DNA from: Cirrosporium novae-zelandiae
Taxonomy: Eukaryota
Direction: 5' to 3'
NCBI GenBank assembly: GCA_026023565.1
Contig: JAPETS010000049.1
Location: 1 to 64,000, forward strand
Length of the DNA: 64,000 bases
Made by a program: the position numbers and the translations under genes. The notes under the pieces were generated by a model. It searched no databases, was not told the DNA's origin, and saw only the letters and a list, made by a program, of their open reading frames with translations. Each line of letters opens with the position of its first letter. Position 1 is the first letter of the stretch. Positions 49,049 through 62,459 of the stretch are shown here, one piece after another.

Positions 49049-49744
49049 CTATAATAAGATGGCAAATCCCGCAAACAGACCCCCTAATGTTATGAGGAGA
49101 CCGTATGCCTGGCCAAAGTTTATTGCGGCCTTGACCGTAGGTGCACTTCCAGCACTGGCCGATGACCCAGCAAACCCACTGTAGACAGTCTGCGAAGCTT
49201 TGCCAGTTTCAGATGCGGTAGCAGTCATAGTTGATGCAGTCGTCGTGTTCACTCGCACTGGGTCCTGGGCACCACATGGGTTGTCGTCTCGGCATGCAGC
49301 TGCGCAGCTAGAGTCGCTGCCACAGGCGGTAACACATTGATTATCGTACTCGGTGCAGATGAAATACGGAATTGTTAGAGAATATTCCGTTTCATTTGGT
49401 GATATGCCGTTGCTGCAGACACAACTGTATTCGAGAGTGCTCTACGGTAAAGCGAATAAGCAACTGTGAATTTACATGGAACGCATTGGGCTAGTCACTT
49501 ACGGCGTCACAGGTATTAGACTCGGGGGAAGAGGTGGTGTTAGCCATCTGCAGGCAGATCAAGGGACAAGAACTGGTCTGTTCCTGGCACCAATATTCTT
49601 TTGAGGAGTTAGCCTTGAAACAATGAGGGGAAAGGCCATAAGCATACTTCTTGTGGAGAGAGACACCGAATCAGGATCAATTGTCAGGGAAGAAGCAAGC
49701 GCAGCAATGCCGACGACGGCCATGAAGGTAGTGAGAGAGAACAT
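49049..49744 (-). CDS. Secreted Cys-rich, probably GPI-anchored protein (DUF7707-like), 3 exons
   Basis: Signal peptide MFSLTTFMAVVGIAALA; WC.EQTSSCPLIC, YSCVCSNG, TIPYFICTE, C...C...C...C...PCGA; Ser/Thr stalk; hydrophobic C-terminal tail. Confidence 0.85.
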
Positions 49745-51156
49745 GTTGATATTAGTTACTCTAATTAAATAGATGTATTTGAAAAGGGTCCTAATTGAGA
49801 TGGCTAATTAGCATGATATATACAAAAAAAAAACGATGAGAAATAATAACAGTCAGGGTAAATAGTGATAGCTATACATACCTTTGGATGCTATGGATCA
49901 ATTACAGACTGAAAAAATCAACAATGTCAGCTCTAAAACGACAGACTCGCAACGAGGAATGCAGTGAATGTGGAGTAAAGAAGGAAAGGGAGAGAAGAGG
50001 AGAGGAGAAGAGAAGTAGTAAAAAGAGAGAAGCCAAGGCAAGGTAAGGGTCCGGAACTGATGGGTAACATTGCCTCCAGGAATAATGAAGCTTGAATTCC
50101 AGGGAGCTAAAGGTTTGGAATAAGACACCAGATGGTTAGTTGCCTCATTTCCCCAAATTCGACTTTTAGAAACCGGTGTATGGGCCACTTCTGCCACCAC
50201 GCTTGCCGAATAGCCATGGTCCATGATAGCTCTTATTGTACATCAGTTGGATTTTGACCGTGCATCTACTCTCTGCAAAGTTTTGTTTTTTTTTTTCCTT
50301 GCTTCTTTTCTTTGGTTCTGTGTTTCTATCAGTGTAAAAAAGACAGCAGATCAGACAGCAGTAGCATTTGGCCCCTCTTTATGTCTCAGAATCACGTTGT
50401 GAGACTGGGAAATGGAAATAGAGTGAAGAAGAACTAGCTATAAGCTATGAGTATTTCTAGAAAATAGTGGTGGAGGGGAGGTCCGAGGAGGATTTCGGAA
50501 TGATTAAAGTTGAGGACAAGATTAACCCACTAAGCCAGTAGATCACAAGGCTATACCGAAAGAAGCCTAACGGGAAATTTAGACGAATACTTAGAATGTG
50601 CATGGACCACCTGACTAACCGATGAGGTATTGAGAGAATCATTCGAGTTACCGGTAGTCACTATTATTGATTCTTGGTCTACCTCCTGAGTCCTGGCCCC
50701 CCCGTGTCCTTTTTGGCCTTTTGCTAGACCCCTCTACTTAAGTACAATTCACTAGTACTAATTAATAGATCATTCCACTAATTACTTATTTTCATAGGCC
50801 CATCTCAATTGACAATTTGATATCCTAGCAAAAAAAAAACATACCACCTTGAACTCTCTCAAATTCGCATCATTGATTATTATTCTTATTATTATTCTTA
50901 TTGTGATTATCATTATCATTATTATCAATATTATCCATGCACAACCACCACATATGCATGCACATGATTCACGAGCATCGCCACTGGACAAACCTACTCT
51001 TATTTGACATCTAACTTTCTATTCGCTCCCCACCAAAATCGTTACTCAAACCCCCAGTCCCCCCCACCCCCTTCCACTATTTCAGTGAAACCCTCCAACC
51101 AAAATTAAAGGCAATAAGGCAAGAATAGCCTGGGCACATCTTGCCTATTCAGATGG

Positions 51157-51979
51157 ATGGAGTCGACCAGTCTCGACTCCGCAAGCCCTCCGAATCACGA
51201 TTCATCTGATTCGGATGGAGTGAAGCTTAATAACCACAATGCTAATGAACGTAATGGAGATATCACCCCTCCATACTGGATAGGCCATCAACGGTCCGGT
51301 TCCAATGCTTCTCTGGACAGCTCTGGTCCGTCAAAAATAACACTTGAAGACCATACTGAAGAATCCTCCGTACAGAGTGGAGCACTATGGGCAAAGAGCG
51401 TGACCATAGATGATTATACCATTGTGTCTGGCAACCCAGCTGGCATCGGCGCATATGTCGTATGGAATTGCCAGGTTGAAATGTTGGATGTAGGTCAAGA
51501 CACGATAAATGATTTCATGCTTGACTCGAATATCATTGCATTTCTACCCGATTGGTAATTGGGAAGCTGACACGTACATAGGGTGGACGAATGACGATTC
51601 GGAAAAGGCTCGTTTTTCAACCAATATCTATAACCTTGGTGCATGCTGACCGCATGAAGATACTCTGAATTTGATGACTTGCGAAGAAAGCTCCTGATGA
51701 CCTTTCCGAAAGCCGATAGGGCAATGCCAATGTTACCACCCAAGAGCGTAATCTGTACGACCATGACCAATCTAATGCTGCACGTCGTCCCCTAACATCG
51801 TGACTAGACAGGTTTCAATCCAAGTTTTTGGAAAAAAGGAAGACGGGTTTGGCATATTTTCTCAAGTATATCAATCCATTCAAATTTAGCATACTTGTAC
51901 TAATGTAATAACTAGCTGTGTTTTATTAAACCCCGAATTTTCTGCCTCACCCGTCCTAAAAGAATTTTTGTTCTCATAA
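51157..51979 (+). CDS. YPT35: PX-domain endosomal/vacuolar adaptor Ypt35, 5 exons
   Basis: LWAKSVTIDDYTIVSG...GAYVVWNC, KRYSEFDDLR, MPMLPPKS, FLEKRKTGLAYFL, LLNPEFSASPVLKEFLFS*. Confidence 0.87.
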
Positions 51980-52670
51980 TGATATCCGAGTCGGAACGGT
52001 TCCACTACCCGACATACAGTACATCTTAGACTTGAATATATAACACTGCACATACCAGCAACGACATCGCTTGCTAGCTGATGAGACTAGAAGACCTACG
52101 GGTTGAGAGTTCTTCAGCAATTAGCTCAGTGAATAAATCCAACGCCAATCATCAATTTAATAAAACACAACGGGGAGGATAAGGGAAATAAAAATATTAA
52201 TGCTAATAAGTTAATGCAACGGGAAGGACATGAAATGACATATTGAGAGATGGAGTGAAGTATATATATGACCATGGGTAATTTGCTGGGGGAGGGAGAT
52301 CCCAAGGCCGGTGGTTGATGATTTGGAGGTTAAGGTGGCAAATATCTCGGTTATAGGGTGGAGGCATAGGAATTTTTTTAACCAAATCTTCTTTACCTAT
52401 TGTTGGCAGCTGGAGATGCTGTTGTCTTCAAAGGGAGTTTGGACAGTTGTGATACTCTTGAATATAATGTTTATTATCTCTGGGAAGTGAAGCTAGCCAA
52501 CCTAATGCATTTTTTGTCGCTTCATGATTAAGCCGCGACGGGCCCACGGCAATAACAAGCACCCTGAAGAGTCCCGTAATCAACCCTTCCATCTTAGACC
52601 AGACCCAAAAACTTTCCTTTCCTTTGCAAAGTCTATAAGTTCCTTATGATTCCAGTGACAATGGTCTTGG

Positions 52671-54390
52671 ATGGCCGAAATTATCATGGTGGCTATCTCA
52701 AAACCATCTCTTAGAGCCACATCTCTGAGAAGTGGAGGTGGGCTTACTCCTGCATCAGCGAACGCGGCTCAACACAACATACCAATATCAACACGTCGAA
52801 CAAAACGAACGAGATCTTCAGTCGGAGATGAGGGGCGTCCTGACTTGAAGAAAATTAAATTAGATGTCGACAGTCGACCTCATCCTGCGAACGCGAATGC
52901 GATCAAAGGAAATGGAATCTCCACCAGGAGAACAAACACTTCTTTGACGCCATCCAAGTCGTCAGCCACACCCATCAAAGCCTTCAAAGCCTCACGAGTG
53001 AACAACGGCACACAAACTCCATCCATAGCAAAACCTACGAATGATGATGAAACAACAACTCAATCCAACGGGACCCGATCCACCAAACGTCCGGTTCCAA
53101 AGATCGATAAGAGGATATTACGATCACAAGATGGAGGTTCCCGAACCAAGAGCGACTTGTCCTACTACTTTGCCAATTACGATGAGTTGATCAGTCTTGA
53201 GCCTACAAAGAACGGTACATCTTTCTATTCCATTTGACCCTTTATTTTATTTATTTTACTAATTATGAATAGTTGAACTATTAAACCCAGACACGGTTCT
53301 CGAAATCATCGATGGCCATCATCCCTCAAAACCCCCAAACAAGTCGCACCATGACTGTCGCTCCGCTCCCCCCTCCAACACCAACGATACCATAACCCTC
53401 GAACCACGCTCCAAAGATTCTTCCGACATTCTCGCTTCTATACTCTCCAATACCGAAACCGTCGACCTCTCCTCTTACACGCGCTCCCTGCGCCACATAA
53501 CATCTGACCCTCTGCCCCCATCCCTCTTTAGCAAGCCGCACCATCGACAGCTCCGTCGCGAAAGACAACTACGAAATATCGAACGCGAACGCGCACAACA
53601 TGAAAAGATACAGCTGGATCGGCTACTGGAAGGCCTACAAGGCCCGGACTGGCTTCGGGTGATGGGAATAACGGCAATAACGGACTCGGAGAAGAAACCC
53701 TACGAACCAAAGCGAGAATACTTTATCAAAGAGGTGGAGGCGCTGATTAATAAATTCCGCGTGTGGAAGGAAGAAGAAAAGCGTCGGAAGGAAGAGGAGA
53801 AGGCATTGCGCGAGGAGACAGAAAACGACGGCGAAGGCAGCAGCACGCGGTATTCCTCCGTAGCCGACACCACCTTCGAAGACGAGGATGCAGACGCAGC
53901 CAGCGGCGATGGAACCTCCCCCTCCCCAAACTCGATCGACGCTTCCGCTGCCCGCCAACTCCACCTCGAATCCAGCCGCGCTGGTCGTCTCTCCCGCCCC
54001 CGCCGTCACGTAACCCTCCGCCTCTCCCAACCCACCCCGCCACCTCACTATCGGCAAACGCTATTAAAACTACAACCACAACCACCAAACCCGCCCTTCC
54101 CAGCAACTCCCCTAACATCCTTCTACTCCAAACCCCACCTCCGCGACGCCGCGCTAGGAAAACACCGTAGCACCGGCAGAACGAGAATGGCATTCGGTCA
54201 GCCTGTGCCGGAGCTCGAGGAACGGGATTTCGAATTACCGTCGGATTGGCTTACGGAGGAGTCGATTAGGGCCGCGGAGAGGTATCGCAGGGCGAGGAGG
54301 AGGGAGAGTAGAGGTGTGTCCGGGAAGGGGAAGAGGAAGGATAGCGATGACGAGGAGAAGAAGGACACAAAGAAGGAGAAGCGCGAGTGA
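52671..54390 (+). CDS. SAS4: SAS complex subunit Sas4-domain protein, 2 exons
   Basis: RILRSQDGGSR.KS.L..YF..YD; DPL...RQLRNIERERAQHEKIQLDRLLEGLQGPDWLRVMGIT; KFRVWKEEE; TSFYSKPHLR; AFGQPVP. Confidence 0.85.
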
Positions 54391-54399
54391 GTGAGCGAG

Positions 54400-56950
54400 C
54401 GTGTGAGTGAGAAGGCGAGGAGTAAACGGACCGGTGTGATTTTGTCTGAGTATAGAAATCGCAGCGAGCATGTTCGCTCGCTCGTTCGCATGCATGCATA
54501 CGCATGGGAGGGATTCCGGCGTTGTCTTTGACGTTGGCTTTGGCATCGGCGTTGGGATTCGGTATCGACATCGGCATCAGCATTGGCGTTTTTCTTATTC
54601 GTTTTTCTTATTCGTTTTTTCGTATTTCCTTTGTTTTTATTATTAATCCGTATTCGTATTTCGTATTTCGTATTTCGTATCCGGGTGGTTGTGAGGGGGT
54701 TAGGGGAAGGATGTTTTTTCTTTTTCTTCTTTCTTGCTTTCTTTCTTGGGCTGATGGGGCAGGCAAGGCAGATATATTTATGTATGTGTACGTGTGTCAG
54801 TGTGTGTTATATTAGTAGGAAGCAGGAAAGATCGAGAGAGAGAGAGGGAGAAGAAGCAAAACAACCCCCCCTTCACCTTTGTAATTAATTATTGTATCTT
54901 GTATCTTGTATTTTGTAATTTGTATCTTGTATCTATAATCACTATTCCTATTATTACCGTGAATATGTGTTTATTCACCTACCTATCCACCTACCTATCC
55001 GCATATTTATTTATTTAGAAAACAAACCAAAAAAACCAACACCCCTACCTACCTACCTACCTACCCAACGCAATGAATTTGAATACCAAACACAGCTGAC
55101 GAATCGATGAATTCGATGGACATATACCCACTCATTCCCCTACTCATCCACTTATTCACCAACCAACCAACTAGCTAACCACCTAACTAACTCAAGATAT
55201 CCCCTATCCCTATCCCACTCTCCATCTTCCACCACTACCACCACGGCGAAAAAGAAAAGAAAAGAAAAGAAAAGTTACCACACAGCATACAGTAACTCGA
55301 TTATATATATAGGTGGTATATAGGTGGATGGGTGGGTGGGTGGGTAGGTATGTAGGTACTAGGGTGGTTTAGCCCTCGTTCAACCCAGTTCTGTTCACTT
55401 AGATGGTTGTTGCCATTACTGTCACCATTACCGCTGGCTTTTTGTAGCTATGTTATATTTATATATAGGAAATATGTATGTATGTAAGATGTGGGATGTA
55501 TGTGAGTGCAGACGTGGATATGAATGTGGATGTGGATGTGGATGCGGGTGTGGATGTATGTGAATGTAAGATGTAAGATGTAGGATGTAGGATGGACGTG
55601 GATGTATATATAGATCTAGATATGATATCCCATCCCATCCCATCCCATCCCATCCCATCCCATCCCAATCCTTCCATTCCACTCCAACTTCTCTCCCACG
55701 TTTCCCTCTCCCTTCTTCTCATTAACTCCAGGGAATCCCTTAGATCCATAGATCCCCAAAATCTTTCAGCTCCTAGATCCTCGGGTCTGACTGACATCAT
55801 ACATCACGTACCTACCCAGCACCAGCCAAGCCAGTGCTAATCTAACAAAGGAAAGGATCAGAATGGGATAGGATAGGATAGGATGGGATAAGAGGATGAA
55901 GAGGTGTCACAAAATCACAAAATTTTTTTTTTAAAAAAAAAAAAAAAAAAAAAGGAAACAAGAAAGAGAGAAATAAGGGTAAGGATACTGGTTATTGTGA
56001 TTCTTTGCGGGAGGGTCCGGGGTTGGAGAGGGTGTCTTGAGGGGTTAGTATGGTATTCTATCTATATAAGTAGGTAGGGTAGATAGGAGGTAGGGTAGGA
56101 TAGGGAATGAAAGTTTGAATGCTTTATAAGTGCTATTGCTATTGCTATTTCTATCACTACTAGATTACTTTATACGAGTGAAGCGTGAAGTATGATAGAT
56201 ATATGGATACATGGATACGATACGATGTTAGGAATAGATCTTTAGATAAATAGATTGGACAGAGGTTTTTAATTTTTAATTTTTGGTTTCTTTTTTCTTT
56301 TCTTTTCTTTTCGTTACTCTTGGCTAGTTTACTACCTTACTCCTGGCTACTTTGCTTAACATGGCTTACCTACTTCCTTAGGTACTCGACAACCATGCAC
56401 GTGAACAAGCAAGCAGGTAAATGCATCCCTTCCATTTTGAGTTTCGAATGCTTCTTTCTAGCTCTTTGAGTCACGTGGACGGATTGATGAGCTCATTTGA
56501 GGGAAGGAGGGAGGGAAAGAGGAATGATATATCCCCCCTTTCCTTTCTTTCTTTCTTTCTTTCTCTTTCCTCCTTTCGTTTCCCCTTCCACTTTTCTTGT
56601 TTATGGCGGATGCGGTTTTTCTTGAGCGTCCCGTTGATAGTGAGGTTGGGATTGAGGTTGAGGTTGAGATTGGGAGGCTGGAAGGTGGCATAGTATCACG
56701 GTTTGTTGGGTCGTGAGAGGAGTAAGAGAGAGTGTGAGGTGATATGAGGAGGACGTGAGAAGTTGGTGAGATAGTAATAGTGAGTGATAGCAGGCAGTAA
56801 GTAGTGTGGAAGGATTGCACATCGTGCGGTGCAATGTAGTGTGGGACGTGGTGATCGGCGGATAATAATTTGACAAAAGGTACTCGCTCGGGGCGGGAGA
56901 TGGGAGGAGTTGCTTTCGCAAAGCAAAGCAGCACAGAAAGATTCTTGACC
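54400..56950. repeat. Microsatellite-rich, low-complexity intergenic tract between convergent SAS4 and RCL1
   Basis: (TATTTCG)n, (TACC)n, (CATCC)n at ~55630-55665, (GGATA)n, (AAAAG)n, and a T-run abutting an A-run at ~55923-55953. Confidence 0.85.
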
Positions 56951-56980
56951 ATGAATGAATGTTTTACCCATCCATACCCC

Positions 56981-58237
56981 TCAAGCAACTTTCCTACCCA
57001 CGTTTCCGATTCCGCTTCCAACTACACTAACAATCACATCATCGGCGCCAATCTTCTCACCCGCCCCGCCGCCGTCGTCCTCATCATCCGAGTCCATATC
57101 TCCTGCCTCTGCATCTCTAACCCCCCACCCCGCAGCTCCAAACTCCTTCATCTCCCTTGCTAGCCTTATAGTTCCTTCTTGCCCCAGCACACTCTTTCCA
57201 ACCCTCAATCTCCCCACATCCTGACTCCCCATCTGCATGAGGACTAGTACGGTGCTTAGTGCCGCTTTGGGCACACATCCACCTTGTGCAATCGTCTCGA
57301 GAAGCTGGTACGCACATTGCTTGCCCAAATCTTCAGGCGTGGAGACGAGGCCCGAAGGCGGAGAAACCGTATCAGCAGAAAAAATACAGTTTGTAGAAGT
57401 CTCGGCCACAAGTGAGAGACCCATGCCGATACCAGGCTTTCTTCCAGTCTTCCTGTTCACGGTGCTGGAATCTGCCGCCGAGGATACGTCAGAGAAGATG
57501 TAGACATTTGGGACAAGCGGGTTTAGGATTCCCCGCGCGGCCGTGATCATGCGTGCGTTGTTGGAAGCTGAGATGCCAATACAGGAGGCTACGCCCCGAA
57601 CTCTGGTGATCCTTCCTGGATTCAGTAGATGTAATGTCTTGGGGAGGCGAACCTGCGCTGAAAAGTCTAATCGTACGGATCCAGCGCCATCTGGTCCATT
57701 TGAGCGTTGTAGTATTCTTAACTCAATCCTCTGTGGTGGAATGCCGAAATGTTGCAGGAGAGGGAGAAGCGCAGTTCGCAAGCTGTCAATCGAAATGTCT
57801 CCTCCTCCATTCCCGTCGCTATAGCTTGTCGCAGCTGTAATACACCCGGGCCCTGTAAATAATATACTCATGGCCTTTTGCGCAAATGGAAGCAGGCTCA
57901 ACAGCGGAATAATAAAATATGTAACCCCCCTCTTACATTCTCTTGGAATTGTATGTGTGATGACAGATGCGGTGGTGGATGGCGTAAGGAGGCCAGGCTT
58001 GTACAGGAAATTACTGCCTGATACCGAGACTTCGAAATAGCTGCCATTTGTAATATTATCGAGCAGATGAAGGAAAGAGATCTCGTGCGGTGCAAGTCCG
58101 GGCGCGGTGGGGGAATTGGGGCGGATTTTGGTGATTTTGAGGCCGTGACCGGTGAGGGTAGAGAGAACAAGGCGGTTGGTGAGATTATGATGTGTCTCAA
58201 AGCGAAGAAGATTTGGATTGGACTTGGAGGTTGCCAT
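56981..58237 (-). CDS. RCL1: RNA 3'-terminal phosphate cyclase-like protein Rcl1
   Basis: RLVLSTLTG..IRP, GLAPHEISFL.LLD.ITNGS, PFA.K, SLVAETST, PEDLGKQCAYQLL, GSGIGNVGRKVA*. Confidence 0.93.
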   Translation of the reverse strand: MATSKSNPNLLRFETHHNLTNRLVLSTLTGHGLKITKIRPNSPTAPGLAPHEISFLHLLDNITNGSYFEVSVSGSNFLYKPGLLTPSTTASVITHTIPRECKRGVTYFIIPLLSLLPFAQKAMSILFTGPGCITAATSYSDGNGGGDISIDSLRTALLPLLQHFGIPPQRIELRILQRSNGPDGAGSVRLDFSAQVRLPKTLHLLNPGRITRVRGVASCIGISASNNARMITAARGILNPLVPNVYIFSDVSSAADSSTVNRKTGRKPGIGMGLSLVAETSTNCIFSADTVSPPSGLVSTPEDLGKQCAYQLLETIAQGGCVPKAALSTVLVLMQMGSQDVGRLRVGKSVLGQEGTIRLAREMKEFGAAGWGVRDAEAGDMDSDDEDDGGGAGEKIGADDVIVSVVGSGIGNVGRKVA

Positions 58238-59198
58238 TATAACACTAAAGAAATTGACGTGGTTGTGAAGGATGTCTGTTTCATAGTCTCAGAGAGTGGT
58301 TTCTAGAGATTTGGGAATTTTATTTTTTTGGAGCTTGTTTGCTCGGTTTGCATTTACTTATCACCGATACACAAATCAATTGCATCGATTGCTTCACTCT
58401 TCTACACGAGATAGTCATTGCCCATTTCACCATTTCGCCATTTCGCCATTTCGCCATTTTATTGAAGAACAGACTTTTGTCTCATTGATCACGCCCTCTA
58501 CCTGCTCGCTAATGTGGAAGAAAATCCACTTAAGAATAAGTAATAATTGGTAGTAATGCATGGAGGAAGTCGAAAGATAGAAAGTCCCTCCCTCCGTCTG
58601 ATTCACATCGAATAGCTGATTATCAGTAGCCCCGTAATATCAATTTTTCCACCATGCATCCACCATTATGCATCGCCAAATTTGCATGCATATACTGATG
58701 TTCATTCCCACGTCAAGATCTCCCCATCCGCCAGACTGTCCAAGCCAAGCAACAGCCAGCAGGAAACCTTCCCCCCGTTAAAAAGTGGATGCAGTATACA
58801 AGCAACCCTGGTCATGAAGACCGGGTACCTTCCAGTTATCCTTCCCCTTGGCCCTCCTATATTTCACAATCCCGGTTAAGGTGATGTTGAAAAAGGGCCC
58901 ATGTCGAGTAACCACACACAAACTAACTTGAAGCGACTAATGCTTGCAATAAGCTATCTCTTCAAAATCGACTGTCCTAGCTGATTTTCAGAGAAAACGG
59001 CCAGAAACTAACCGTAAAAGCACATACTGTTAAGTTGACTAGACTTGAAGGATTGTCAACTACCGAAATGGAAACAAGAATTAGCTGCGGCGTCCAAAGA
59101 ACTCCAAGCAGTTAACGAGAGAAGAAAAAAAAGACCTTTAACCACGGAAACCCGAATTGATCCTTGGTGTACAGGTGAATAAGTGTAGGAAAAAAAAC

Positions 59199-61348
59199 TT
59201 AGGCGCTATCTTCAGCGGCCTCAGCAGGTGTTTCATTTTCATTCTCTGGAATATCACCAGTATCAGGAGCACTCGTCTTTGTATCCTCCTCAGCTGACTT
59301 CTCAGCCTCAGCAGGACTCTCAGCGGCCGATGTTTCTTCAGCTTTATTTTCATCCGCATCATCTGCATCGTCCGCCTCGTCTTCTTCCTTGATTGGTTCT
59401 GGCGATGCTGTGGTTTCTTGAGCTGGAGTTGCCGAAGTCTCCGTCTTCGCCCTATCATCCATTCTCTCTTCCTTGACGCTACCGTTTGTTTCTGTAGCTT
59501 CATCCTTGGGAGTGTCCTGGTGCTCATGGTGGTGATGAGCGGGATCGTGTTCCAAGGTCTTGTTCCACAGCCCAAGCAACTCGGCAGATCGTTGCTTGAA
59601 GTTGAACTCTTGTTCCTTGGGAATCTCAGATGGCAACTTGATAATACCCCTCAGAACCTTATGAACCTTCGTCGCACGAATTATAGAAACTTCAAGATCG
59701 GGATAAGTTTCCAATTTGTTAAGATATTTGTCCATTTCAGCCATTTCAGCTTCTTTCGGGGTGACATCACGAGTCAAGAAACCCCGTTGAAGCCTGTGAC
59801 GGAGGTAAAGAACTAGTATAATTAGTATAGAACTGGATTAAAACGTCTTATAGAATACATACTATTTTTCTCCTTGGTTTGGGGAGTTTCTGGGGGAGCC
59901 GCACGTTTTCGTTCACTAGGTGTCTTTGAGGCTTCTGGAGTTTCCTTGTCAGCGGCTTTGATATTGCTCTTCCTTGATCCTCTGGCTGCTGGCTTCTTCC
60001 TTTCGGTTGTTGTGGGTGTTTTTGGGGTAGAAAGTTTGAGTTTAGTAGCAGTCTTTATGGTCTTTGCAGGCTAGAGAGCATTAGCATGGGCATATAGCCG
60101 AGTCATCTTAATATCAAAACTACGCACCTTTTCGGGCTCGCCGTCACTATCAGCGCCCTTCTTTCTTTTCTTTGAGCTTTTAGGCTTGGGCTCAGGTTCC
60201 TCGTCCTCCACCTCAAAATCTGCCATTTCCACGTCTTCTTCTGGCTCCTCCGCCTCCACAGCTTCCTTGCTCTTGCGCTTCTTGGCCACCTTAGACGCAG
60301 CCTTCTCCTCACGTAGTTTTTGATCTTCAATAAGAGCGCGTTGGTGATCTGCGAGTAGTTCCTTGAAGTGTTGCAAGTCATTCTGCTCAGCAGCAACATT
60401 GTATGCCTTGATCAGGACCTTTGACTTTCCCTTCTCATTAAAGTCCTGCACGTCTTCGAGTTTCAACGGAGTAAGATCGGTATTTGGGATCCATGCACTA
60501 CATCCGAAATTAGCATACGTCATGGCTCGGATCGGCACTAAAGTGAAAATTCTGCAAACATGGAAGCTAGGAAAAAGAGGCTGAAAAAAACTTACAACTC
60601 GTTGGTCTGCAAAAACATGACTGGAAAGGTGCGCTCATTCATCCGCTTCTCTCCATCACCATAGCCTTCCTTGAAGGTGCCATCGGGACGTCGGGTTGTA
60701 ACAGGGCGTGTGCTCAACAACGATTGGGGAAGCATCTCCTCATCACAAATGACTGATGGCCACGGTGGGTAACTCTTGAGACGTGCAAAGAAGTAGTCTC
60801 CAGGTTTCGCGTCAAGGTGCGTTACCAACATCTTGGACTTCTTTTTGTTTAGTTTCTTCGTCTTGTGCTCTGGGACTCCTCCCGCGGACTTTCTTCTTGT
60901 ACCTCCTTTTTTTGAGGTCGGGGTGCCATTCGCCTCGGCGGAAGCAGGCTCGGCGACAGAGGCAGGAGCTGAATCCTGCTCAGCGTCCTTCATATCTGTG
61001 TCATTCTTCGGCTCTGGATCATCCTTCATCTCGGTATCTTGGGTATCGGTGGGAATTGTGGTGGTAGGCTTCTCAGTTGTCTCGGGGTGGTCAGCAACTC
61101 CATTCGTTTTGGATTCTAGAGAACGAGAAAAAATATTAGTTAAAGTTTCCCCACCAGGTGCAAACGTAGGTTTTGACGTTACCAGTCAGCTCCGTCATGT
61201 TTGTAGCCTCAGAAGCTGATTCCTTGGGAGCATCGGCAGCCAAGTTTATAGGCTTTGAGTCTTCGGGAATGGCTTTTGAGGAAGGTGAAGGAGCTGTGTC
61301 AGCTGGGGGAGAATGTGATGAAGGTTCGGCGACGGTATTCTCAGCCAT
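59199..61348 (-). CDS. PWWP-domain chromatin protein with C-terminal TFIIS-N/IBD-like helical domain, ~5 exons
   Basis: ARLKSYPPWPSVICDEEMLP...FPVMFLQTNE|.AWIPNTDL (PWWP); C-terminal LRHRLQRGFL...LEVSIIRATKVHKVLRGI...LLGLW. Confidence 0.88.
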
Positions 61349-62459
61349 TGCAAACGCGAACTAGGTCCGTGTCAAAAATCGCGCGACCGCGTAGACTGTT
61401 ATCGCACACAGATGGGAAATGGCGAACGCGTAATAATGGCAATGCCACTCAGAAGAAGATGGGGAGTAGATGAGAATGAGAACAATAGCGAAAAAGGAAG
61501 GAGGAATTCGATGTGGTGTGATGGAATGTTGGTGAGTGATGACGTTGAAGTTGAGGAAGGGAAGAGTTAGAGCTGGGACTGAACTTAGAGAAGAAAGCCG
61601 AAATGGATGGAGATGTCACGTGCAGGGGAGCCCACAGCTAGCATGAGAATGAGACGGACGGCTCCAATAAGGTTTTCTAGACAATCAAGACATGGCACTT
61701 GGGGGAAATCATCTGAATTGTAAGGTTCAATAGCGACGACGCCGACAATAATAGTGAGCGTCGACACCGAGATTCAAAGGTGATGGATTGTTGATGAAGA
61801 AGAATCTAAATACAATGGTGAGAGTGAGAGTTGGTCAAAAAATCCTTGATGAGTGAAGGAAGAGCCAACCTCCTCATCCGCCCGTAACCCAAGTAGCCAA
61901 TCAGCCCTCGCTTCCGAGCCTGGGCACCCTTTCCCCCATTGCCATCTCTGGCCACCAGCCCCAGCCCTTGCAGAGGAAAGAACATCCGATCCATCCCATG
62001 CCCTTTTCCCTCACTGTCCTCGTTCTCAAAGCACCTGGAAAGCAAACGCCTAGCTCTTTGTCCCCTTACTATCCATCATCTCCGTGGCGACATGACAACA
62101 TTCATATCAACTGAAATCAAGACGGCGGCCCTTGGCGTTCTCAGGCCCCTGTCGATGGAACAAAGCGTATCAAACCATTAGACATTAACGAATTCCTCAT
62201 CACCCAGGGATTCAAAGAGAAGGTCCTTCGAGTAGCACAAGTCCCTTTTGCTCGCCGCAGGCGCTGCCCCACCAATATATACAGAACAGGCGGGATTTTC
62301 GCAGAACGCCCTCAATTGGTATCTGTGCCATGTCACTCATTAAACACCCGCAACGCATAGAAAACAAGGTGGAAAGAGATGGGCCTGTGGGCTTGAAAAT
62401 ACACGCATTCCTCATCAAGCATCATATAATAAATGAGAACGCAAGAACCAAGCATTACA

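Noticed and set aside
50700..50730. ggccttttgctagacc resembling the U2 snRNA 5' stem
   Set aside because: The invariant GTGTAGTA branch-pairing sequence and the Sm site are absent.
54198..57021. Numerous 80-190 aa ORFs between SAS4 and RCL1
   Set aside because: They are translations of microsatellites (GMGWD and HP repeats) or antisense to real genes.
4836..58237. Apparent enrichment of ribosome-biogenesis and nucleolar genes (snR48, RPS13, coilin-like, RPA43, DUS2, RCL1)
   Set aside because: They are spread over more than 50 kb among unrelated genes. Chance is sufficient without synteny or co-expression data.
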